A stretch of 64,000 nt of DNA from Spirochaetota bacterium (lineage in GTDB: Bacteria; Spirochaetota; UBA4802; UBA5550). Location of the stretch: contig QKCL01000013.1 of NCBI GenBank assembly GCA_003246895.1, positions 4,363 to 68,362 on the forward strand. The letters run 5' to 3'. The notes beneath the pieces were generated by a model. It searched no databases and had not been told where the DNA came from. It worked only from the letters and a program-made list of their open reading frames with translations. Within the stretch, counting starts at the first letter, position 1; each line of letters starts with the position of its first letter. The translations under genes were made by a program, and so were the position numbers. This document shows, piece by piece, positions 18,364 through 25,837 of this stretch.

Positions 18364-19482
18364 TCAGGATATGTCTTGAGGCGGTAAAATTTTTCTTTCT
18401 TCATCCTTGATCTTGTTGTCCAGATCATATGTATCAAGAGCCTTGTATATCTCCCAGAATGAATAGAAAAGTGAAAGCAGTATAGGACCTATGATAATTC
18501 CCGGAAGGCCAAAGGCCTGTATGCTTCCGAGGAGGAGAAAGAAAAATATAAGCGGGTGAAAGTTAAGTTTGTCTCCGAAAATTTTCGGTTTGACCAGATT
18601 CTCAAGCAACATGTACCATGAAAAACACCAGACAGATATAAACACGGCCCACTCATACTTCCCGATGAGAATAAAATAGAGCGCAACCGGCCCCCAGATA
18701 AAAGTTGTTCCCACAACAGGAATCAGGGACAGAACAGCAGCCACTGTTCCCCAGAGAAGAGGCATTCTTATCCCCGCAATGTACAGGCCGCAGCCAACCA
18801 TGAATCCCTGCACAGCCATGATTATTATATTGCCCAGAATCAGTACATATATAACATCTTTCAGCTTGAGTATCATGTCCCTTTCAATATCATCGGGAAA
18901 GGGCAAAATCTTGTATATTGCACCGTCTGCCCTGTATCCGTCCTTGAGCAGAAAGAATATGATAAGAACCATCAGAAGAAACTTTATTATAAAGTTTATC
19001 GGGTAGGAGATGACCGATGTGAGCGCCGTAAATATATTCAAAGAGGTTCTCTTTGTGAAGCCTACAAACTTTTCAGTTATTTCACCCTTGTCAATATCGA
19101 GAAATTCGAGGACACGGTCCACATATTCATTACCCTCAAAATGTTCAAGAAATCCGGACTCTACTCTGACCTGAACATGTTTATAAAGCTCAATTACCTG
19201 TTCAGAAAGACTGAACATCAGAACCATACTGGGAGTCAGAACCAGAACAAAGAGCAGAATCATGACAACCGTTGCACTCAGGGCCCTGTTGCGAAGCCTG
19301 TTGTGCATTTTTTCAAAAAGCGGTTTAAGAGCGACATAAAAAATCATTGAAAAGACAAATACCCAAAGATAGACCCTGAATATATAGAGCAGAAAAATTA
19401 TTATGAATGCAAAAAGTCCGAGGAAAAACCATTTCATGGTTTTATTCTTGTTCAGAAGCTGATATGATTTGTTTTCTGTCAT
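18364..19482 (-). CDS. AI-2E family transporter (PerM/UPF0118).
   Basis: 372 aa with 7-8 TM segments and a typical AI-2E layout. Confidence 0.75.
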   Translation of the reverse strand: MTENKSYQLLNKNKTMKWFFLGLFAFIIIFLLYIFRVYLWVFVFSMIFYVALKPLFEKMHNRLRNRALSATVVMILLFVLVLTPSMVLMFSLSEQVIELYKHVQVRVESGFLEHFEGNEYVDRVLEFLDIDKGEITEKFVGFTKRTSLNIFTALTSVISYPINFIIKFLLMVLIIFFLLKDGYRADGAIYKILPFPDDIERDMILKLKDVIYVLILGNIIIMAVQGFMVGCGLYIAGIRMPLLWGTVAAVLSLIPVVGTTFIWGPVALYFILIGKYEWAVFISVWCFSWYMLLENLVKPKIFGDKLNFHPLIFFFLLLGSIQAFGLPGIIIGPILLSLFYSFWEIYKALDTYDLDNKIKDEERKILPPQDIS

Positions 19483-19504
19483 TTACATAACTCTCAGTGG
19501 CATG

Positions 19505-19546
19505 GAAAAATTATACATCTCTTCTCAGAGATGTATAATTTTTTCA
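19505..19546. terminator. Intrinsic terminator: perfect 13-bp stem ATTATACATCTCT/AGAGATGTATAAT flanked by an A-run and a T-run.
   Basis: Read directly from the sequence. It lies immediately downstream of the minus-strand small gene 19596..19778. Confidence 0.6.
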
Positions 19547-19595
19547 ATTAAAAAACTGCCGGTATTATATGGATAAACCAGCCCTCAACAAATCG

Positions 19596-19778
19596 TTACT
19601 TGGTTAGATAATGAGATAGATCAGTAGCTATTTTTGAAATTGCGTGATCAAGATATTCTTCATCGGTAATTCTGACTTTCAGATCAGAAATTTTTCTGTT
19701 ATCACCGGTGATTTTGCCCTTCGCTATCTCACGATCCTCCATTTTCATGAGATTGTTCATCGAAACCTCCACGGTCAT
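19596..19778 (-). CDS. Small hypothetical protein (60 aa).
   Basis: GGAGG lies 6 nt upstream of the ATG. A perfect terminator follows. No recognisable family. Confidence 0.5.
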   Translation of the reverse strand: MTVEVSMNNLMKMEDREIAKGKITGDNRKISDLKVRITDEEYLDHAISKIATDLSHYLTK

Positions 19779-20330
19779 CCGTTCCTCCCTGAACAGATTT
19801 GTTGCGACCTACTCTTCTTTTCGACATTGTATATAATTTAGTGAAACAATTTTAATTTTTCAAGGAATAAATCCTGTTTTTTAATAATTAACATAAAACT
19901 TTCTTCCGAGAATAATATCTTATGTCCCATAAAAAATTGACAGTCTCTCCAAACCAATAATTTTTAAAAAATAGATGCCGTTCAAGCAGTAAATCGGGTC
20001 GACAACGGGATATTCAAAATAAAAACAGGATTTTTCCACACTGTTTCCCGAAAGTATAAAAGATGCCGTATCAAGGAACTGCGGAACCATTATATACAGG
20101 ACCATATCATATTAATTCGTGACCGGCTTTTAAAAAAAGAAACCTGTGGACATTAAATCCAGGCCGTCTGATAGAGCCCTGAAAACAGACCATATCTCCA
20201 ACAACCGCATCTGTTCTTTTACATTTTCACCTTAAAGGCCCGAACCTCAGTAACTGTTCGTAAATCTCATATACATTGAAACAATGCTCTTTCGTAATTC
20301 ATGGAAATTACAGCCTTTAAAACCATCGTA

Positions 20331-20354
20331 GTGCCCCTTAAGGCACACTTTTTT
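20331..20354 (+). terminator. Terminator-like hairpin GTGCC-CCTTAA-GGCAC followed by a T6 run.
   Basis: Read directly from the sequence. It would end a plus-strand transcript starting in the 19.8-20.3 kb non-coding region. Confidence 0.4.
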
Positions 20355-20363
20355 AAATACTTA

Positions 20364-20391
20364 TTGACTTGAAATATTTAAAAAATAGACT
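20364..20391 (+). promoter_or_regulatory. Promoter-like element: TTGACT, 16 bp, TAGACT.
   Basis: Read directly from the sequence. The similar string TTAAAAAATAGA also occurs at about 19962-19973. Confidence 0.3.
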
Positions 20392-20470
20392 GTGGGAAAT
20401 AATTCACAGGGCAGGAGACAAATGTTTCATTTTACAGAGGAAACAACTGATTAATCATATATGCAAGCTA

Positions 20471-20497
20471 AACCTGATATAAGTATCAGGTTTTTTT
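20471..20497 (+). terminator. Terminator/attenuator hairpin AACCTGATA-TAAG-TATCAGGTT followed by a T7 run, 62 nt upstream of the upp start.
   Basis: Read directly from the sequence. It is preceded by a 10-codon uORF (20422..20454, MFHFTEETTD) with an AGGAGA motif. Confidence 0.5.
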
Positions 20498-20559
20498 ATG
20501 GTCACCTCTAAATACAGTTTCCGAAAGCCCCAATATATTACAACCAGACGAGGTTAACA

Positions 20560-21180
20560 ATGTACCATGAAATAAACCATCCGCTCCTAAAGCATAAACT
20601 CACGGCACTCAGAGACGAGAATACCAATCACAAGGAGTTCAGGGAACTGGCGAACGAGATAACCATGCTCATATGCTATGAAGCCCTTAAAAATATTGAA
20701 GTTGAAGACTACCTGATCAGAACTCCCATGGCGGAGATGACAGGTAAAAAAGTAAGAAACGACATAGTAGTAGTTCCCATTCTCAGGGCAGGAGTGGGCA
20801 TGCTCGATGGGATACTTACTCTGGTACCGAACGCCCATGTTGGCTTTGTGGGACTCTACAGGGACCATGAAACAAAGGAACCCGTTGAATATTACTGCAA
20901 ACTTCCTGAAAACATGAAGGAACCTCTCGTATTCATTATTGACCCCATGCTGGCCACAGGAGGTTCCGCCATAGCTACAATGGACCTCCTGAAAAAGAAG
21001 GGATTCAACAACATAATCCTTGTTTCAATAATATCCTCACCTGAGGGGATTGAAGCCGTGGAGAATGCTCATCCCGATGTACAGATATTCTCCGGTGAAG
21101 TTGACGAAAAACTTGACGATAACAAATACATAATCCCCGGCCTGGGAGATGCCGGAGACCGACTCTTTGGAACAAAATAA
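20560..21180 (+). CDS. upp: Uracil phosphoribosyltransferase.
   Basis: 206 aa. N-terminal HPLLKHKLTALRD and the PRPP-binding motif FIIDPMLATGGS. Confidence 0.9.
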   Translation: MYHEINHPLLKHKLTALRDENTNHKEFRELANEITMLICYEALKNIEVEDYLIRTPMAEMTGKKVRNDIVVVPILRAGVGMLDGILTLVPNAHVGFVGLYRDHETKEPVEYYCKLPENMKEPLVFIIDPMLATGGSAIATMDLLKKKGFNNIILVSIISSPEGIEAVENAHPDVQIFSGEVDEKLDDNKYIIPGLGDAGDRLFGTK

Positions 21181-21194
21181 TAAAGGATATTATC

Positions 21195-22430
21195 ATGAAT
21201 ATAAAAAAAATAATTCTGGGAATGCAGATGCTCTTTGTGGCATTCGGCTCACTTGTTCTAGTGCCGCTGCTCACAGGACTTGATGCTAGTGTTGCGCTCT
21301 TTACTGCCGGTGTGGGTACAATAATATTCCACATTATAACAAAAGGAAAAGTGCCTGTATTTCTGGCATCCTCATTTGCATACATCGCACCCATAATAGG
21401 CGCCACAAAAATCTACGGACTCAAGGGCACTCTCGGAGGGCTTGTTGCAGCAGGTTTTGTAAAGATGTGCTTTTCTGGACTTATAAAAAAATTCGGAATG
21501 GCTATTGTACATAAATTTCTTCCATCTCATGTTATAGGCCCGGTAATCATAGTTATCGGTCTGAGCCTTGCACCTGTTGCAATAAACATGACAAAGAATG
21601 CCGAAGGACACAACTACAACGTCCTCATAGCACTTGCTGCAATGATGGCTACAATAATTATCTCGCTTTTCGCAAAGGGAACACTGAAACTTATTCCAAT
21701 TCTCGGCGGAATAACCGTAGGATATGGACTGGGCGCAGCACTTGGTGAAGTTAATTTTTCAGTGGTTGCAAATGCGGCATGGTTCAGTGTTCCGAACTTC
21801 ACCTTTCCTGAATTCAATCTGGGAGCCATCCTCTTCATTGTACCTGTGGCTCTTGCTCCGACCATTGAGCATATAGGAGACATTATGGTCATCTCTAATG
21901 TAGCAGGGAAAAAATTCTACGAAGACCCGGGATTCCACAGGACACTTCTCGGTGACGGTGTCGCCACATCAGTCGCGGGTATATTCGGCGGTCCTCCTAA
22001 CACTACATACTCAGAGGTAACAGGGGCCATTGCTCTCACAAAGGTATTTGACCCGAGAGTTCTTCAGATATCGGCCTTTTTCGCAATTGCACTTTCCTTT
22101 TTCGGGAAGCTCGGTGCTCTCCTTAAAACAATACCTACACCTGTAATGGGCGGTATTATGATAATTCTGTTCGGAACAATTGCATCAATAGGCATAAAGA
22201 ACATGATAGAAAACAAGGTCTGTCTCAATTCGAACAAAAACCTGATTATTGTTGCTGTAATACTTGTAACAGGAATAGGCGGTGCAGTCTTGCAGATAGG
22301 ACAGTTCTCCCTTGCCGGAATCGGACTTGCAGGCATAGTGGGTGTTATACTGAATATAATTCTTCCTGAAAAAACCGAAGATCCCAACATAGGGGGAGAT
22401 CTTGAAACAAGGGACCTTGAAAACCTCTAA
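21195..22430 (+). CDS. uraA: Uracil permease (NCS2 family).
   Basis: 411 aa, about 12 TM segments, NCS2 motifs. It follows upp by 14 nt. Confidence 0.85.
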   Translation: MNIKKIILGMQMLFVAFGSLVLVPLLTGLDASVALFTAGVGTIIFHIITKGKVPVFLASSFAYIAPIIGATKIYGLKGTLGGLVAAGFVKMCFSGLIKKFGMAIVHKFLPSHVIGPVIIVIGLSLAPVAINMTKNAEGHNYNVLIALAAMMATIIISLFAKGTLKLIPILGGITVGYGLGAALGEVNFSVVANAAWFSVPNFTFPEFNLGAILFIVPVALAPTIEHIGDIMVISNVAGKKFYEDPGFHRTLLGDGVATSVAGIFGGPPNTTYSEVTGAIALTKVFDPRVLQISAFFAIALSFFGKLGALLKTIPTPVMGGIMIILFGTIASIGIKNMIENKVCLNSNKNLIIVAVILVTGIGGAVLQIGQFSLAGIGLAGIVGVILNIILPEKTEDPNIGGDLETRDLENL

Positions 22431-22455
22431 AATTATTTAAACCTCATTTGACTCT

Positions 22456-22504
22456 GCACACTGTAATCAGTTTATTATATACAACAATAACTATTACAGT
22501 GTGC
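22456..22504. repeat. Perfect 12-bp inverted repeat GCACACTGTAAT...ATTACAGTGTGC with a 25-nt spacer. It ends 5 bp before the start codon at 22509.
   Basis: Read directly from the sequence. Confidence 0.5.
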
Positions 22505-22508
22505 ATAT

Positions 22509-23432
22509 ATGAAGGCATCGAGATCATTTTTAAAACAGATACAAAAGGCTCTCGCGGAGTCGATTGACCAGAGAACAATGGTTCACCTTGCCCGTGAACT
22601 CATCAATGATTACGACCTTCACAAGCAGAAAAAACTTCCTGAAACATTTGCCATTCCAAGATCTGAAGCCGCTGACCAGATCGTCACTGACATGAACAGG
22701 TACAACCTTATAATTCCCTTTCTCAATATTTTTTTTTCCATACAATTCAAGGGCTACATGGGCAGAACCTACAAAATTTCCGGTTTCCACGAAATCCTTA
22801 AATCCCTCTATGACATGGGGTTCAGCATAGATTCAAAAAACGGGCTGGTATATGAAAACCCCACCTACAGGATAAGCCGGAACTGGGGAGTTCTCCAGGA
22901 GGGCAAGGATTACACATTCTGTTTCATGTGGATAGATATTGTAAAATACTCACTGGCGGTGAAGGAAAATTCAAAAGAAGCCATACAGAGATTCTATAAG
23001 GACTTTATCAAAATAATCAGGGAGTCTGTGGAGAAACGCAACGGCCGGATATGGCTCGTAGAAGGTGACGGTGTTCTGGCAGCTTTCCATTTTTTAAATG
23101 CCACCCAGACAACAGTTCTGGGCTCCATAGAAATACTGCACAGGTTCTTTGATTACAACCGCTTTGAGAATCCACTGACTGAACCGGTTCAGATAAGAAT
23201 ATCAATCAATAACGGAAAATGTGAATACAGCGACAACCATGAAGACACAAAAAAATCCGAAGCCGTACAGCACGTGATCTCTTATGAAAAAAAAGCCGAG
23301 CCTGACACCATTTTTGTATCACGGAATGTGGTCCTGTCTCTCGATGAAATAGTGGCAAATGAACTTAAACCTGTAACCACCGAAGGCATTCCTGAATTCT
23401 ACTTCTACAGGCTCTCATGGGAGGAGAGATAA
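22509..23432 (+). CDS. Two-domain protein: N-terminal domain of unknown function plus a divergent nucleotidyl-cyclase/GGDEF-like palm domain (paralog A).
   Basis: FCFMWIDIVKYS...GRIWLVEGDGVLAAF...IRISINNGKCEY parallels the class III cyclase F-x-D-I-x-G-F-T ... G-D ... R-I-G-I-H-x-G layout. Both candidate metal-binding Asp residues are retained. Confidence 0.45.
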   Translation: MKASRSFLKQIQKALAESIDQRTMVHLARELINDYDLHKQKKLPETFAIPRSEAADQIVTDMNRYNLIIPFLNIFFSIQFKGYMGRTYKISGFHEILKSLYDMGFSIDSKNGLVYENPTYRISRNWGVLQEGKDYTFCFMWIDIVKYSLAVKENSKEAIQRFYKDFIKIIRESVEKRNGRIWLVEGDGVLAAFHFLNATQTTVLGSIEILHRFFDYNRFENPLTEPVQIRISINNGKCEYSDNHEDTKKSEAVQHVISYEKKAEPDTIFVSRNVVLSLDEIVANELKPVTTEGIPEFYFYRLSWEER

Positions 23433-23433
23433 T

Positions 23434-24411
23434 ATGGAGATCCATATTTTCACAGATAATGATAAACTAAAAGAATACTTCAGGGAAATTGAAGGAGCAA
23501 AGGATTTTTCCCTCACACTAGCCCCTGTTTCATCCTTTAAAAATACAGTAAAAAAACTCAACCACTGCGAAATGATTTACCTCGATATTGATAAAATGGA
23601 TGAGGCTGAAATAAAAAAATACATCGCCTATATGTCCAGACTGGAATTTGTAAGATGCGGTCTCATTGACCCATCAGATTCAGCAAATTCCGTTTCCCAC
23701 CTCTTCCACATGGGATTCTCCGATTATATAGGAAAAAAGGAACTTAAAGCAGGAGTTACACCTCAAAGAATCGCTGAAAACATGCAGTTCAAGGCATGCC
23801 ACCTTCCGCCTGTCAGATCTGACGGAGCAAAACTCAGGGCGATAAAGGCTCCAAACAGCTGGAATTCAATTAAAGAAGGAAAAGAATATACATTTTCAAT
23901 GCTCTTTCTGAGAATTGACCGCATAAAGGAGATGAAAAAAAACTTCGGCCATAAATTCATAGAGCAGATTACCGGCAAATATCTGGGACTCTTTGAAAAA
24001 TCCATTAATGCACACAACGGCAAGCTCTGGAACTGGGATATAAACAAGGGAGTTGCACTCTTCCCATACAATGAAAATTGCGGAGATATTATCCTCTCAG
24101 GGTACAGGTTCATCCGGGACTCCATTCTCTTTTCAGCCGAATACCTTCACTCACCGGTTAAACTTGAATTCACCATTGTCCTGCACCTTGGAAACCTTGA
24201 GTATCACAAAAGGGGTGAGACCGGAACAACTGTTTCCGAGTCAATGAACCTTCTTTACCATGCATCGGAACTGATGGCCAAACCAGGCAACTATTATCTG
24301 TCACAGAATATCTCACCGCACATTCCCGGCGAGATAAGTGACCTCTTCATTGAAGACGGCGAATTTGAAGGATACAGTTTTATGAGGATGAAAAAAATCA
24401 ATCCTTCATAA
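23434..24411 (+). CDS. Paralog B of the preceding gene, with the same two-domain architecture.
   Basis: Alignable to paralog A across both domains (LYDMGFSID / LFHMGFSDY; YTFCFMWIDIVKYS / YTFSMLFLRIDRIKEM; LVEGDGVLAAF / NWDINKGVALF). It starts 2 nt after A's stop. Confidence 0.45.
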   Translation: MEIHIFTDNDKLKEYFREIEGAKDFSLTLAPVSSFKNTVKKLNHCEMIYLDIDKMDEAEIKKYIAYMSRLEFVRCGLIDPSDSANSVSHLFHMGFSDYIGKKELKAGVTPQRIAENMQFKACHLPPVRSDGAKLRAIKAPNSWNSIKEGKEYTFSMLFLRIDRIKEMKKNFGHKFIEQITGKYLGLFEKSINAHNGKLWNWDINKGVALFPYNENCGDIILSGYRFIRDSILFSAEYLHSPVKLEFTIVLHLGNLEYHKRGETGTTVSESMNLLYHASELMAKPGNYYLSQNISPHIPGEISDLFIEDGEFEGYSFMRMKKINPS

Positions 24412-24417
24412 GGGCTT

Positions 24418-25275
24418 TTAAAACCGGAATTCACCGTTTTTCAGAACAGTTTTACCCTTACGGTTTTTTACATGAAACTCATATGCATTCCCCTTCACCT
24501 TTCCATAGAAGAGTGAAAGCTGCTCTCCTGCATAGACCGGAGAAGAGAACCTGCAGCCAACACTTTTCATTTTTCTCCAGTCATCTTTAAGGAGCATGGA
24601 AACAAGGCAGTTCGACACACAGGTCATTGTACAGAGTCCGTGGAGGATTGTTCCACGAAAACCTGCAAGTTTTGCCGCAAAGGAGTTTGTATGTATAAGA
24701 TTGCGGTCTTCTGAAATTTCCGCATAGTCCCGTTCCTGGCCCGGATAGGTCTGAATTTCCGCTTCCTTAAAATCTCCTTCATAAACATCTTTCTCTATAC
24801 CTGTCATGGAACTGGAAGATTTTCTCCCTGTTCTGACAATGAATCCTGATACACTCTTCAGTACTTCCGATTTCCCGGAAAGGCAGACTGTTTCAATTTC
24901 AAAGGATTCTCCGGATCTACAGTCACGGATATTTTTTACATTAAACCGTACACTGTCAACAGAGGAGATTTTCTTCATGTCGGCAAATTCAATCTCCTGC
25001 CATGCATGAACCATTTTAAAAAAATTGACTTTCAGCCTGCGGTCCATTAGAATCTTCTTCATTTCATTAAAGATAAACCTTGAAAAATAAAAAGGCGGAA
25101 CTTCATTTTTTTCAGTCATGTATTTCTCAGCAGAATCAAGCGTGGCCCTGCAGTATCTTCCGATCTCTTCCTTTTCAGAGGTAACATGTAACGGGACTTC
25201 AACAGAGACCCCTTCCATTTCCCTGTTCAGCTTTGAGAATACTGCGCTTCGTAAAATTTTAAAAATATCCTGCAT
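24418..25275 (-). CDS. MaoC-like (R)-hydratase/dehydratase hot-dog-fold protein.
   Basis: C-terminal DRNLIHTNSFAAKLAGFRGTILHGLCT motif, typical of MaoC. The N-terminal half may be a second, degenerate hot-dog. Confidence 0.65.
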   Translation of the reverse strand: MQDIFKILRSAVFSKLNREMEGVSVEVPLHVTSEKEEIGRYCRATLDSAEKYMTEKNEVPPFYFSRFIFNEMKKILMDRRLKVNFFKMVHAWQEIEFADMKKISSVDSVRFNVKNIRDCRSGESFEIETVCLSGKSEVLKSVSGFIVRTGRKSSSSMTGIEKDVYEGDFKEAEIQTYPGQERDYAEISEDRNLIHTNSFAAKLAGFRGTILHGLCTMTCVSNCLVSMLLKDDWRKMKSVGCRFSSPVYAGEQLSLFYGKVKGNAYEFHVKNRKGKTVLKNGEFRF

Positions 25276-25413
25276 GCTGTTCCGCCTCCTGTCAAAAAAT
25301 TTATTACAGATATTTTATTCATTGAAAATATAAAATTAGTCAGATAATATGCTGTACAGAATTTATTTACTCTATGATATATTTTTTACAACAATAAAAG
25401 GTGCCTTTTATAT

Positions 25414-25836
25414 ATGCATGAATCCGGATACAGAAACCCCATACCCACTGTGGACATAATCATTGAAACAACCGGTTCTGAAAAAAATGGAATTGTGCTC
25501 ATAAAACGCAGAAACCCTCCATACGGCTGGGCTATTCCAGGAGGTTTTGTTGATTACGGGGAAACCCTTGAAAATGCAGCTGTACGTGAAGCGCTGGAAG
25601 AGACCTCACTGAATGTAAAGCTTCGGGGGCAGTTCCATTCATATTCAGATCCGGCCAGAGATGAAAGACTCCATACTGTAACAACTGTATTTATTGCCGC
25701 TGCAGATGGAGACCCCGTTGCAAATGATGACGCGGCTGATGCGGCAATCTTCTCTTCACATGATCTCCCCGATGAAATAGCCTTTGACCATCGCGATATA
25801 CTGGACGACTACTTTACAGGAAAATACCGGGTTTAA
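25414..25836 (+). CDS. NUDIX hydrolase.
   Basis: Nudix box [24 protein letters not shown]. Confidence 0.8.
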   Translation: MHESGYRNPIPTVDIIIETTGSEKNGIVLIKRRNPPYGWAIPGGFVDYGETLENAAVREALEETSLNVKLRGQFHSYSDPARDERLHTVTTVFIAAADGDPVANDDAADAAIFSSHDLPDEIAFDHRDILDDYFTGKYRV

Positions 25837-25837
25837 C

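Noticed and set aside
19920-20105. 61-aa minus-strand ORF in the long intergenic region.
   Set aside because: No RBS, hydrophobic low-complexity sequence, and it overlaps promoter-like elements. It is more likely non-coding.
19850-20360. Possibility that the about 400-nt transcript ending at the first terminator is tmRNA, RNase P RNA or SRP RNA.
   Set aside because: None of the hallmark strings are present. These are the tRNA-like GGTTCGAnTCC 3' arm of tmRNA, AGGAAAGTCCGG of RNase P, and the GGAAGGAAGCAGC domain of SRP RNA. 6S RNA or a novel sRNA cannot be excluded.
22509-24411. Pycsar/CBASS-like antiphage cyclase operon.
   Set aside because: No effector gene (cNMP-binding, TIR, TM or nuclease) is adjacent. 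The flanks are housekeeping genes (uraA, a MaoC-like hydratase). It is kept as an unexplained signalling pair instead.
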